Made by a program: the position numbers and the translations under genes
Part shown: one piece after another, positions 38,059-51,030 of the stretch
How positions within the stretch are numbered: the first letter of the stretch is position 1
Layout: each line of letters starts with the position of its first letter
From: Camelus dromedarius
Lineage: Eukaryota
Direction: 5' to 3'
NCBI RefSeq assembly: GCF_036321535.1
Contig: NC_087436.1
Span: forward strand, 103,418,001 to 103,482,000
DNA length: 64,000 bases
Notes under the pieces: model-generated
Told to the model about the DNA's origin: nothing
The model's database searches: none
The model's input: only the letters and a program-made list of their open reading frames with translations

Positions 38059-38111
38059 TTAATTTGAAAAATGAACCTCATCCCAGAAAAATAGAACTGC
38101 ATATCCCGCCA
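38059..38111 (-). other. Candidate terminal exon start of an unidentified minus-strand transcript
   Basis: Strong acceptor TATTTTTTGTTGTTTTTCAG|TGGCGGGAT (AG at 38112-38113); all three frames close within ~65 nt; AT-rich UTR-like sequence and AATAAA (37103-37108) follow. Confidence 0.4.
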
Positions 38112-39224
38112 CTGAAAAACAACAAAAAATATAATGTATAATAATGTCACATGTTAAAGAAGTTTGAAATATATATATATTATACATTTTGAAAATACAT
38201 TGAAAGAAAAAAAAGCCAAAGAAAAAGAAGGCCAGAAAGGCAGGCCATGGCTGTCTGATTAAACCATTTTAAATTTTTAAACATTTAATAAGATTTAAAA
38301 AGTAGATTTCCAACTCTGTATATATCTAGGGAAGACCAGATTTTTGATGGTTCTAGTTTTACCCACTTATTTTATTTAAAATTTATGAGAATAATCCACA
38401 CTGATATAAATAAAGGTATAATTTTAACTTAAACTGAGTCCCCAATATATATTGCGAAGGTTTAGATGCAGGCTCTTTAAAGGTGACATTATTTCCTTTG
38501 TTCAGAGTTTCTTTTTTAGCTGAGAATATATTTTTATGGCAATAATTGCCTCTATACCCCAGTTACTAAATTTCATCATCTATAGTTATATTTAGGGAAA
38601 ATGCTCAATTAAAGATCAATGTTAAGCTCTACCAAGAGCATTAAATATATGTCAAGGCTCAACGTTCTTTCGATATTCAATCAATACAAGTTTATTCAGG
38701 ATTACTGAAACCTTTGAAATAATTACTTGATAGGCCTATTTTCTTTTTAGTGAATATATTGAAACTTAATAGGAAAATAGGCATTTCTCTTAATACTTTC
38801 TGGATTCACTACCAGACAATAGAAATATATATTTCAGTTTCACACATTTTACAATGTATCTACTTTTCTCTTTAAAAGGCAAGCATTCATAGTGAAACTC
38901 TTTTTTTTTTTTTTTTTTTTTCCCAGAAAACTCAGCCTGGAATCTTTCACTTTGTATTTCCCACGTGTTCCAGCCCTTCTCTAACGGTTCTAATGTATCC
39001 ACCCCCTTCCTCAAGTAAAGCTGAGTTTCATGAAATGGGCTTATTTTATTTTTTTGAGCTAATGGTACCTCGGGATAAAACATACATGTGGATAATGGGA
39101 GAAAAGGCAGTAAACAGAAAGGCAGACGTCTAGGTTTAGTCTGGAACGAAGAGAAGGAGGGCATGTGTTAGGTGATAATTTGAGAAAATTCAACTAATGC
39201 GCAGGATTCAGCCTACGTTGCAGC

Positions 39225-39290
39225 ATCAGGTCAGTGTTTTTTCTTTCAAGGACCAGATGGTAAACATTTTAGGCTTTGTGGGCCTGGCTG
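39225..39290. mobile_element. MER58-like hAT fragment
   Basis: 'aaggaccagatggtaaacattttaggctttgtgggcc'. Confidence 0.65.
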
Positions 39291-39719
39291 CTATAATTAT
39301 GTGTAGGCATCCATGCTTCCCCAGTCATGTGGTAACTAAATTTCCATTCAGCATTAAACATGCTATTAGCACTTTAATAGAAGCCATGGTGAACAAAGAA
39401 GTGCATTTTTGCCCCCAAAGAGTTAGCAATTAAGTAGAGGGGAAAAAAAGACCAATCTCACCACTCAACAATCAAATTATAATATGGCTTAAGAAGCTCT
39501 GTGAAGTGCCGCATCTGGTCGTAGGGAGATTAGTTTTAGTGGGTCAAAGCAGACACAGAGCAAATGAGACTGCAGAAGGCAGAGAGACCCGGAGCTTAAC
39601 TCCGGTGCTGCTCAGATACCAAGACAACATACAGACAGTTATCTGGGCAAGCAGGAGACAGGGAAAGCAGAATAAACGCAGCACAGTCATGAAGAAATGA
39701 ACAGTACATTATAGCTACT

Positions 39720-39965
39720 AAGAACCTGAAACTTAGGGCAAAAAGTGCCTAGGTTCGAGTCACAGCTCTGCCACTTATCAGCCATGTGACCTTGAGGAAA
39801 TTACTCAAACTCTTTCCCTTTAGTGTTCCCCTCTGTAAACAGAATGATTATAGCTCACTATGTGATAGGAGTATTGTAAGAATAAAACGTATCCATATTT
39901 ATCCACTCTCCTAACAGTGCTGGGTGTTTAGTAAGCTCTAAATAAATGTTTCCTATTATAAGTAG
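39720..39965 (+). mobile_element. MIR SINE
   Basis: 'gcctaggttcgagtcacagctctgccacttatcagccatgtgaccttgaggaaattactcaa...ctgtaaa'. Confidence 0.85.
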
Positions 39966-40424
39966 TACCATGATCATTATTAATGAACTATACAGATAAT
40001 AATCTGCTATAAGCTATAGGTGTGTTTGTCCAGGAAACAAACTAATTTTCCTCTGTGTCTGCAGGCTGCAGGAAGTAAGAACAAAACAAAATTAAACTAC
40101 AAAAAGTAAACAAGAACACAACGACTTTATTGTTTTTCCAACTGTATCTGATACAAAATGAACAAATAGCTTAAACCCCACATATTTTTGGAAAGAGAAA
40201 AATTGAGACAAAACCACTGGCCAGCACAAAAACATAAACCACTGTGGAAGAGAATTCCTCTGATTTCCAAGTCTTCTTTATTGTTCTCAGGTGTGTGTAA
40301 ACAAGGTCTTTTGTTTTGTTTTGTTTTTAATTAATCTTTTACATATATGTAAACTAATCATTCAGATGGTGGTTATTAATAGATGCATGATATACTGATA
40401 TAGTCTTTCTCTGTTTTTTCTGTT

Positions 40425-40522
40425 AGAAAAAGAGAGTGAGAGTGAGGAAAGGAGGGAGGAGAGGGGAGAGAGAGAAAATGAGAGAGGGACAGAGAGCGGG
40501 AGAAAGAGGCAGAGCAGAGGAG
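40425..40522. repeat. GA-rich low-complexity tract
   Basis: agagagtgagagtgaggaaaggagggaggagaggggagagagag. Confidence 0.8.
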
Positions 40523-41496
40523 GTTGCAGCATGTTAAGATAGTCAAACACACTGATGCTGTATCACCTCTACCCTCCCTGACAAGAACAATTTCCTAACC
40601 ATTCCCAACTAGCAAGTGCAGCATGTAAAAGTGGCTGACGACTCCCAGGACAGTTCTTCACTAAAGGGACGGCTGACTTTGCAATCTGAATATTAACACA
40701 TGTAAATATTACCTGATAGCACTTATTTACAAGAGGTGAAATATCATTTTTGCATTAATATACTTACTTTACCACCCGCAGAATTTATATATCCACAGCT
40801 ATATGCTTTAGAGAAATAGTTTTATTATCATTATATTGAGTAATGATAATTACAATTAATATATGGTTATAATTTTAAAGCTTACACAGAATGATAAATA
40901 TACCTCATGAAATAAGACAAGAATTTTGTCTTCACTTCTAAAAAGAATTAAAATCCTCTCAATAAGTAGTAAAATACATTTATATGTAGCTCTAGCTGCA
41001 TAATGAAGAAGAGAGAGCCCCTTATCTTTGGCACCTGAAGAGCATCTCCCCATCAAACAGAATCTGCCACAACTCTACGAAACCAAAAGAGAAGCTTAAC
41101 CCAATTTTGATACTAAAATTTGGGTGCAGGTAACTTGGAATTGGCACAATAGAGAAGCAACTCTTCCCTGATTTTTCACTCTTTGGCACAGCAACCTTAC
41201 CTTCTGCTTTTCTTCTGTTAAAATAACCAGATTGAATCTAAATACAATCATATCTTTTGTCTGTTTTTATTTGAATAAATATGGCAGGAAGTACTTACTT
41301 TATAACACTAGCTCTGCAGAACCTATTTCCTTTCCAGGTTCAGATGTTATGAATATTTATGAAGCCAGAGATGGAAGCAGTAAAATAAAATAAATTGGCT
41401 TGGGCCAAACAGTATTCTGCGATCTTTTCCAGTTCATTCAACCGACCGCCACTTGACCAAGACCTTACTTAAATGAACTTACATTAAACTACTCAC

Positions 41497-41559
41497 TGAA
41501 AAATTGATTTCCCAAACGTTTTCCAATTACAAAATCACATGGAGTTTTATGGAAGCATT
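41497..41559 (-). other. Candidate internal exon (63 nt, phase 1/1)
   Basis: Minus strand CTGATTGTTTTGCAG|AATGC...TTTTTCA|GTGAGT; only one frame is open: (E)CFHKTPCDFVIGKRLGNQFF. Product not recognised. Confidence 0.4.
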
Positions 41560-42537
41560 CTGCAAAACAATCAGTATTGGTAAGATTTCTAATTTTGATG
41601 CAAAATTTTAAAAATCAAATGTTTGTTATTGCTTGTTGGTTCTTAGGCTCTCAAAGCCCCTTCCTACAGAGTGCTCTTCTAAAGCTTGCATTTTTGCCCT
41701 GAAAATTTTATGTTGTCTTCTTTGTAAGAGGAGTATACATCCTTCTCTTGGCCATGTGACTTAAGGGGCTTTCCTGCAGGAAGAGTGTAATACATGACTC
41801 CATTGTCAGATGTGGCCATTTGACTTTTTCTTTGGTCAATAAAATGTAGGCAGAGGTGATGAAAATCCATTCCAAGCAGAAGTTTAACTAGCCATTTTGT
41901 ATTTCTGTTAACCCTCTTGCTCCCTCCCTCTGCCAGGAGAATAGCATGTCCCAAATAGGGCCTGGTCTTTCATATCAAGTTCCAGAATGAGGAGATACAT
42001 GAAACCAAAACATGTGAAACTCACATCTAATAATATGCAAAGTAAATGAGAAACACACCAGTATATTTGTAAATGGGGGAATTGTCAATAAATAACCTAA
42101 TAAAGTTGGTTATTCTGAAAATGAGATGCTTTCATAAGATAAGGCTAAACTATGTGGCACTGGCTTATGGCATTAGGGGGAGGATAAGGCCAAAATTGGT
42201 ATTAAATGTTTGAAAACATGTCCTACCATGTCATAAAGATGCAAAATAGTTTGTGAAAGTCTTACCCATGACTATTAAGGCAGAAAATGTGCTGAATAAG
42301 TTTTTGTTAAAGGGGTTGGAATATGCAATGTTATAGATGAGACTTAGTTGTTATTAGCTAAATGACAATCTACTACAAGAAAGAGTTAATTGGTTTATAA
42401 AAAGGGGAAATGTGGAGGATCCAGAAATTTTAGGGCTTGCAAAGTGAGAGATAAAACAGGTAAATGATAAATTAATTTTCAGTCACAGGGCAAAGACCAA
42501 ATCTAGGATATGGTTATGAGTGACTTTGTTTTTTAAA

Positions 42538-42624
42538 AAAAGGAAAGAAAAGGAGAAAGAAAGAGAGAGGGAGAGAGGGATTAAAGGGAGGGAGGGAGGA
42601 AGGAAGAAAGAAAGAAAGGAAAAC
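42538..42624. repeat. Purine-rich (GA/GGGA/GAAA) simple repeat
   Basis: aggaaagaaaaggagaaagaaagagagagg...gggagggagggaggaaggaagaaagaaagaaagg. Confidence 0.8.
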
Positions 42625-42879
42625 ACACAGCACCCATAATTCATCTTTAAAATCCTTTTAGATGGCAAAATGTCTCAGAGAAAAGAGACAGTGTGGTGCT
42701 CCCCTAAAGACTTATAAACTCGGATGAACTGTATCTTGGTTTAGAGAGAGAAGCATGCTTCAAAAAGAATTGTGGGTCAAGCTATTAGGACAATTAGCCT
42801 GACTGGAATCAAAGTTTTTGAGTGAGTTGTACTTCCAAAAAAAGTTATCAACCTGCATCAAAAGATCCTGTGACTGTTC

Positions 42880-43976
42880 ACAAGCTTCTGCACAGCAAAG
42901 GAAACCATAAGCAAAACAAAGCGATAACCTACAGAATGGGAGAAAATTTTTGCAAAAGAGAAAACCGACAAAGGCTTGATCTCCAGAATATCTAAGCAAC
43001 TCATATGACTTAATAAGAAAAAAACAAACAACCCAATCCAAAAATGGGCAGAAGATCTAAATAAGCAATTCTCAAGAAAGAAATACAAATGATCAATAGG
43101 CACATGAAAAACTGCTCAATATCACTAATTATCAGAGAAATGCAAATCAAAACTACAATGAGGTATCACCTCACACCAGTCAGAATGGCCATCATTCAAA
43201 AATCCACAAGTGACAAATGCTGGAGAGGCTGTGGAGAAAAGGGAAACCTCCTACACTGCTGGTGGGAATGCAGTTTGGTGCAGCCACTGTGGAAAGCAGT
43301 ATGGAGATTCCTCAAAAGACTAGGAATAGACTTACCATATGACCCAGGAATCCCACTCCTGGGCATATATCCAGAAGGAACCCTACTTCAAAAGGACACC
43401 TGCACCCCAATGTTCATATCAGCACCATTGACAATAGCCAAGACATGGAAACAGCCTAAATGTCCATCAACAGATGACTGGATAAAGAAGAAGTGGTATA
43501 TTTATACAATGGAGTACTATTCAGCCGTGAAAAATGACAACATAACACCATTTGCCACAACATGGATGTTTCTCGAGAATGTCATTCTAAGTGAAGTAAG
43601 CCAGAAAGAGAAAGAAAAATACTGTATGAGATTGCTCATATGTGGAATCTAAAAAAAAAAAAGAACATAAATACAAAACAGAAACAGTAGACTAGTAGAC
43701 ATAGAATACAAACTTGTGGTTGCCAGCGGGGAGGTGGGTGGTAAGGGACAGACTGGGAGCTTGAAATTTGTAGATACTGACAGACATATGTAGAATATAT
43801 AAACAAGATTATACTGTATAGCACAGGGAAATATATACAAGATCTTGTGGTAGCTCACAGCGAAAAAGAATGTGACAATGAATATAAGTATGTTCATGTA
43901 TAACTGAAAAATTGTGCTCTGCACTGGAAATTGACACAACGTTGTAAACTGACTATAATTCAATTTAAAAAAAAAA
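42880..43976 (+). mobile_element. Young 5'-truncated L1 (~1.1 kb)
   Basis: ORF2 3' sequence, 3' UTR and poly-A at ~43967-43976. Confidence 0.95.
43089..43652 (+). pseudogene. L1 ORF2 C-terminal fragment (cysteine-rich zinc knuckle to natural stop)
   Basis: Translation contains [37 protein letters not shown] and [11 protein letters not shown]; upstream ORF2 sequence is truncated and broken by a stop near 42925. Confidence 0.95.
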
Positions 43977-45019
43977 GACATAAAATAACCTTTGGGCTGC
44001 CAAGTTTCCATGGCACAATGAAAGCTGAAGAAAATCTCTCAGGTCCTAAATAATAACCTACAGTTTAGTATTAAGTAAACTTTAGCCTCAAGGAAAGCAG
44101 TTCTCTGAGATTGGAGTCAAGAGCCAAGAACCAAGGGGGAAGATGTTCTCATAGACTAAGAACTAAGGCCTAAACAAGAAACACTCCCTACTCCGAAGAT
44201 TGTGGGCTGTTTCAAGAACAAGATTTAATAATTTCTATAGACAAGTAAACGCTATGTGTCTCTAATTCTTCCTGTTTCTGCATGGAATCAGTATTGTCAT
44301 TTTATCTCTGTTGTATCAAAGTATCTTGGGTGTTTCGGAGCAGAATTTTGTTTTTTGTTTTTTGTTTTCCTTTTAAACTTTTAGTTTTCTTAATCAAGAC
44401 ATAGCTGATGTGGGAGACCATAACAAGACCTTGGGTCTTTAGCTCACTGATGGGACTGAATGGGGCTTTTAGACTGCCTCCTGTGGAGTCTTGCATTCAC
44501 TTTGCACAAAGAGGGAGAAAGGACAAAAGTAAATATCTGGGACCAAGAAAGTTGACAGTAGTACAGTGGTACATGGGCTTTTCAAGTATGCTCTCCTCTG
44601 GTTAGTCTATGAGAGCAGCTTACATCCTTTCCCATACCATGTAAACTCCAGTTTCTTCCTTTGGGGAAGATGAAACTCACGAGCCACGTTGTAAGGCTTG
44701 GCCATATGACATGGTTGGCCAGTGAAATGTGAATTTAAATGACAAAAGCCAGATCAAATCAGAAATTTTAAAAGCCATTATGTGATCCCATCGACAGCCG
44801 CGTTCTTTCACCCTTGCTGAGATGGTGCACCACAAATACATGTTACCCCTTCAGCCCGAGAAAGAAGACACATGGAATGCAGCTTCAGCCGCACCAGACC
44901 TGCCAACGTGTAACAGAGGTAGGAAGTTACCATCACGTTGTAAACCACTACTGATATCCTAGGGGTGTTTTGTTTTTTTTTTTAAACTACAGTATAATCT
45001 TAGAAACCTGACATAGTCT

Positions 45020-45496
45020 ATGCCTACAAGACTGAAATCCTAAAAATTACATTTCACCTTATACTCTTCCAGCTGGTTTCTGATTAATTACTGCCAGTTG
45101 GAGGAAACTGTGTGAAATTGGAAAATAGAAAGAAGACAAAAATACAGTTTTCTGCATCTGGAAACAGAATCAGAAGATGTGGCTCCTAGATTCCTTCATC
45201 ATCATAAGAAATGTGGGTTCTTATTTTCCCAGGAATACCACTTTCTTTCATCCATACCTTCAGCACCATGGTTTCTACGGTTAGCGATCCACAGATAGCA
45301 CTACCTTTTTCTCATTTTCTCTTGCATGCCCAGGGGACAGAACAGCTTCTTTCTCTTAGTATATGCTGGGTGACATCATTTTTCTTACTATTTATTTTTG
45401 TTCCTCTAGTCCTTTTAATTTCTAATACTTCTGTATTAAATCCCTTTCTGATTGAAATATTTACACTATTTTCCAGACTGCATTTGACTGATACAA
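45020..45496 (+). mobile_element. ERVL-type LTR remnant (LTR33-like)
   Basis: 'actcttccagctggtttctgatt...gtattaaatccctttctgattgaaata...tgactgataca' LTR-style 3' end. Confidence 0.5.
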
Positions 45497-46865
45497 ACAG
45501 GATATCAAAGAAAAAAACTTAGAGTATCTGCTACATGTGGGTTAAAAAACATCTTGGGAATGGGGATGAGGGTAAAGAGATGGAGAAATAAAACAGAGAT
45601 GAACGCTAGTACAAGACATCAGGCATAGTGTGATCATATATATTCAACCATAGGAAGCAGATATCATTCTCTAAATTGTAGCTATGAGGACACTCTGCTT
45701 CAGAGACATTAAGTGAATATCCCCAAATTACTCATCATTGACAGGGATAGTATTAACATTCATGTCTGTGTGATTTTAAAGTATATCTTTTAAGCTTTCA
45801 AAGTCTTTTAATAATGGATCATACAAAGATGATCCAAGATGAACTGTTAAGTAATATAAAATACTTTAAAATAAATGTTAATTTGTGCAGCAAATAATAT
45901 GTTGTAAAATGAGACCTATACGATATGCCCATATATCAAAGCAATTTAGGGAAAATGTTCTAAAAGAATGTAGTTTGCACTGTACCATAAAATGGAGTAG
46001 AATCAGTGTAGGCAATAAGGAATCCATTAAAATGGGGAGGAGTAGCCAGAAAAGAAACACAAAAAGCAAACGAATTGTGATTTGTTTCAGGAACAGTGAA
46101 GTTGCTGGTTTGAGAGAAGCTGGCATTAGATTTTGGAGTTAAAGGGAGATACAATAAAGTAGAAACATTTACAGAGACAACTAAGTGCCTGGTAAAGCTT
46201 AGCCCCAGTCGTGGAAAATGTGAGTCTTTGGAATTTCCCAAGCAGTTTAGTGAAAATTTATTTTAGTAACAATACAGAGAACAGAATGGATCAGAAGAAA
46301 TGCAGATAGCATATTAGGTACACTTTTCATTAATCAAACTTTGACTTGATAATGCCTAAATATACAGTGCTGCCAGTGGACACTGATATTCATATAATCA
46401 AATGTTCAGCATGTCCAAAAGAGTGTTTATTAGAGATAATCTGTAGACTTCATAAGCATATAAAGCCTCCTGCTGTGGTCTTGAAAATCTAAGATGAAAA
46501 TACCGTAACTTCTCTAGTAATTCCTTATTTTGTCACCTAAGTCATTATATATATCTAAAACCTCTTCTGCTTTAATTTAGATTCCTTTATTTTCTTTAGG
46601 TTTCTGTGGTCATGCAACAAAATGGCAAATAACTTCCCATGAATCCACGTGCAATTATACTCCATGGCTGAAATGATGGCTCAAATCCACAATGTACTCA
46701 CATGTCCTACAAATCCTTTCAGCCATTACTGATACGTGACTCATGCTTAATATGTGTTTATGTTATGTTATATGCATCTTGAAAACCCTGATTCATTCAT
46801 GTCTCTTTCTCATTTGCGTTATCAACAAGCAGAGTCTAATACAGACTTGAGTATAAATAAGCTGA

Positions 46866-47262
46866 ATTATGGGCTGAATTGTGTCCCTTCCCCTCAATTC
46901 ACATGTTGAAGCCCTAACCCCCAATACCTCGGAATGCAACTGTAGCTGGAGATAGGGCCTTTAGGGTGTGATAAAATGAGGTCATGGGGTGGGGATTTTA
47001 ATCAAATCTGCCTGGTGCCTTGATAGCAAGAGGAAATTTGGATACAGAAAGAAACACCACGGATGTGCGAACACAGAGGAGAGACCACGTGAGGACACAG
47101 CATCACAGGTGGTCATCTGCAAGAGAAGGAGAGGCCTCAGGAGAAAACACAGCTGCTAACACCTTGACCTGAAGACTTCCAGCTTCTAGAACAATGAAAA
47201 CATAAACACTGCTGTGTAAGTCATCCGTCTGTAATGTTTTGTTATTGCAGCCCTAGAAAACT
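46866..47262 (+). mobile_element. MaLR solo LTR (MLT1B-like)
   Basis: 'ttatgggctgaattgtgtccc...gttgaagccctaacccccaatacctc...ggagatagggccttt...ccacgtgaggacacag...gacttccagcttctagaac'. Confidence 0.9.
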
Positions 47263-48219
47263 TGAAAAATGTGCAAAAAGTACAGAAACTAATGCATATT
47301 ATTTGATAAAAATCTACTGGGAAACTTTTACTATATGCATTAAGTGAAATAATAAAATGTCAATATTTGTCCTCAGCTTTTATTTATACATTAAATAATC
47401 TTTTAACTTTCATGAATTCCTAATAGTTCCTCTTTAACTGACTGCAAGTTCAGAAAATGAGCACATTATAAGGGTCTCAAACTGAACTTACTGGTTATCT
47501 ATATTGCTAATTTAATCTCAAAGATACATCCTCAGCATCTGTGTACTGCAGTCATACTTCCCAGTTACATTCTAAAATTAATGACTTTTCCCTGAAAAGT
47601 GATTCCAATCATTTGACTTTCTTCTTTATGTACACGATGAAATTAATGCAAACATAAGGCATGCCTCAAATACATCTAAATATCACATCACAGGATATAT
47701 AGCATATAAGGTCTTAATCCTATAGATCAATAGAAAATTCATGAAAATTCAATCAGACATACATTTTGTAAATCATTCTGTACTGTGCCATTGCTTGTAT
47801 TATTATCTAACTGTCCAAGCATCTAAATTCTGTCTCTTCAAGAACTACTTCTTGTATTATCCATAGCGAAATCAGAAACATATACACTGTAAGTACTCTA
47901 GAGTCTGTGGAAAGAGTTGGTAGCTCATCGGAAGTGAGTCTCTAAAGAGTATTTTTTTAAAAATCAAACTCTGATCTTTGTTTCCACCTCACAGTTTGGC
48001 ATTTTTGTCCCCATGTGTTTGATGGTTTTCCACACTAACCTTTGAAAGAAATGATTGATTTTTGACTCTTCGCTGCAACACATTAGGGCATCAAGAAGAG
48101 GTAACTTCAATTAGTGAATTAGTCTGAAACTTCTGTAACTAATGGTGGTGAGGAAACATTATTTTGGACTTTTAACGATCTTCAATAAACTTCAGTGCAT
48201 GCTTAAATATCATAAAAGC

Positions 48220-48470
48220 ACAGTGTAGTGGTCAAGAGGTAAAACTAGAATCAGGCCACCTGCCTTTGAACCCCAGCTTCGCCAGTTACTAGCTGTGATT
48301 TTGAGCAAGTTATTAACCATTTGATGCCTTTGTTTCCACAATTATAAAACTGGACTAAAAATAATACTTAACCTCATAGGGATGTTAAGAGTTTTAGATG
48401 TACTAGCTTTGTGAAGGCATGCTGAAAAATATCTCACAGTATATTCTATAGAAGTGTTTGTTAAGTAACT
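48220..48470 (+). mobile_element. MIR SINE
   Basis: 'gtgtagtggtcaagag...ttgaaccccagcttcgccagttactagctgtgattttgagcaagtta'. Confidence 0.85.
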
Positions 48471-49714
48471 AAATAAGTATATAAAGGAATAAATATTATC
48501 AGTAACAATTCTGCCACCCCAAAAAAGATATTTTTTCTATCTTCCCTTAAGTTGTATCCTGTGTAAATGAGTCAATACCACATTTGTTTATGTGAAATGT
48601 GTCACCATGGAATTACAAAGTCAAATTTTACATTTTACAGAATCACTGATAATTTGTTTTAAAATTAGAAATGATTTCAAATGATGGAGATATGGAGAAG
48701 TCACAAAGAGACTTGATTTCTCCTAGTCGTAAGTTTTATTCCCTGATGAACAGGCCAGTATCACTGCCTTTGACTCCACTTTGATTCACCAAAAAGATAT
48801 CTAACTATATCAAGTATTTCATTTTTCTATCTTTACTAATTTTAACACAAAAAAATGAATAACTTGATCAGGATGAAGTATCTACAACAGTGTGAGAATT
48901 CTGTTGTTTCCATCAGAATTTTGCCACCAGAGGCAAGTCTGTCTACACTTAATCTTTCTTATTTCTTTGGTCTTCTGATCAAAGTTTGTTCTGACTCTTT
49001 TAGTAAATGCATCGGTCATTCTCCTTTGATGAAAACCAGTTCACAGACAAATCAAATGTATCCTTCTCTCATCTTATGCAACTCTATGAAGAGTCACATA
49101 AAAATGGAATCCAGTTCTAACATATCAAAGGATCACCAAGTTAAAGGAGAAATTGAGCTCTAAGGGAGTAACTTCTTATTGGAAAAAAAAATCTGAAGTC
49201 CAAGGGAAAAAAATAACCTTTAATAATTGCCTTGTTATCATTCAATTTATTCTTTTTAGCTTACTCTATCCTCTCCTGTTAAAAGTCTTCATGACAAATT
49301 ATCATACTAATGTGGAAGTTCTACATGTATATAAGTGAGGGCATCATAATTGGGAATACATATAATACCGCAACCAATTAAGCATATAAAAAGAATTTAT
49401 TTAGCATATTGGTTTCCATCTTGTCCTAATTATAAATTGGGTTAGCACATGAAAATAACTTAATGTTATCCAAAGTTTTATCCCCTGTTCAGTATAAATT
49501 CAAGGACACTGCACTAAAACTAATCTGCTTAATATTACAAATAAAAGAATATTTGATGCTTAGGAAATCAGAATGTTTTGTGGCATCCATTAAAATTGCA
49601 CGTATTTAGCTTAATCCTGCCAAAAATAAAGTAGATCTTTGAAATTTTGACTTATAATTTTACAGTGTCCCCACATGATTCAAAAATATAAAAATTTTTA
49701 CACATACTAAGCAT

Positions 49715-49940
49715 CTCTTTGACAGGGAGCTTATGACCTTGAAAGACACTTTATTCCAGCAAATGAGAAATTCCAAGGGTATCTTCTGTATTAAGCCAAA
49801 CATGATTGCCCTCTCAGTGCAGTTGATTGGTCTTGGATCTGTTCTCTAGAGTCATGCAGGAAATATTAAGACACTCTTTTACATGGCAGACCTTTAAGCA
49901 CTAAATATGCTACCTTGCCCTCCTAATTGCTCCTTTCCAG
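49715..49940 (-). mobile_element. CR1/L3 remnant
   Basis: 'tgacagggagctta...ttggtcttggatctgttctctagagtcatgcag...ttttacatggcagacctttaag' resembles antisense L3. Confidence 0.55.
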
Positions 49941-50890
49941 AAGGAATATCAGATGACAGTTAAAGCATATATACAGGCTTTCATTAATGAGAAAGAATCA
50001 GAGAGTGTCAATTTGATGAGCTATCGGTGTCCAATTTGGATCCTTGGGGAAGATTTCAGCCCTGACACGCTGATTTAATTAAAATTCAAAAATATTAGCT
50101 AAATAAGCCCCTATTTAAAGTCCTTCAGATACACTTTTAAAAGTCAATTCAGCCCTTTAAGCATGTCCTTAATGTTTAGATTCCTGTATCTCTGCTATAG
50201 TGGCTGGGATTTTTTTTTTAAATCCCTCCAGCTGTCCTCAATATAAATTAATGGGGACAGTACACATACACTATTGTAAAATGCTCATTCCTGTGTTTGG
50301 ACTGCTGGCCAAGCAATTTTTTCCCATTGAACATTGGCAGCACACTGTTATTTCTTCTATGAATTTCCATTTTTATGAGTTTTCTTTGCAATTTGGCTTG
50401 GGAAATGGGATCCTGGGAAGTTCTAAAGGGTCTAATAACCAGGAGCCTTTGGAATTTATCAGGGACAGAAATGATGCTAACTCATATGCAAGTATTTGTG
50501 TTACTGTCCTCCTCAAAAATAATATGACTTTCTGGGGTTCATTGTTTTTGATCAGGCGGAGAGAGTCAATTTTGCAAATAGAGGACGCTTTAGAATCCTA
50601 AATGCAGTAAACTTTTGAAACCAAAGCATCTCAGTAGCCATAAACTTAACTTTCAAGGTTAAATTAAAGATGCTAACTGGCCAACACACCATTATATTTC
50701 ATCTCAACTCCTCAAATAGTTATGCAAATACAGTACACCAAAGAGTCACTGTAACACCATGGGAAAAATTTACAAAGACAAACCACCTTTATGAATACGC
50801 AGGATCCATTTACATTATACTGCTCAGTACCTTGATATAGGTAGTAGAGCATCTCACAACTAACCTTTTGAGAGAAGTCAAATATCTTTA

Positions 50891-51030
50891 TTTTTATTTT
50901 TTTTTATTTTTAGGAGGGGAGGCAGGTAGGTTTATTTATTTATTTATTGTTAATGGAGGTACTGGGCCTTGAACCCAGGACCTCATGCATGCTAAGCATG
51001 TGTTCTACCACTTGAGCTACACCCTCCCCT
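50891..51030 (-). mobile_element. tRNA-derived camelid SINE (Vic-1 type) with 16-bp TSD
   Basis: Minus strand GGGGAGGGTGTAGCTCAAGTGGTAGAACACATGCTTAGCATGCATGAGGTCCTGGGTTCAAGGCCCAGTACCTCC plus tail; TSD aagtcaaatatcttta (50875-50890) and aagtcaaataccttta (51031-51046). Confidence 0.92.

Larger units (their letters stand above)
41690..45012 (+). mobile_element. Probable full MaLR provirus (MLT1-type LTR ~41690-42110, internal region, LTR ~44550-45012) interrupted by L1
   Basis: Two similar LTR-like blocks ('ggccatttgactttttctttggtcaataaaatgt...cagaagtttaactagccatt' and 'ggccatatgacatggttggccagtgaaatgt...cagaaattttaaaagccatt') bracket MLT-internal-like sequence ('tatgtggcactggctt', 'caaaaagaattgtggg'). 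Confidence 0.6.

Noticed and set aside
41497..41530. Resemblance of GKRLGNQF to the GRLGNQ motif of alpha-1,2-fucosyltransferases
   Set aside because: Only a few residues match; that motif lies near the start of a catalytic domain encoded in a single exon in FUT1/FUT2, not near a C-terminus.
47490..47572. Minus-strand exon-like segment with TTTTAG acceptor and GTAAGT donor
   Set aside because: Stops in all three frames; no support beyond the splice-like motifs.
50955..51030. tRNA-Ala(AGC) gene
   Set aside because: Anticodon-like CTTAGCAT and A/B boxes are present, but the tail, A-rich end and 16-bp TSD identify a SINE.
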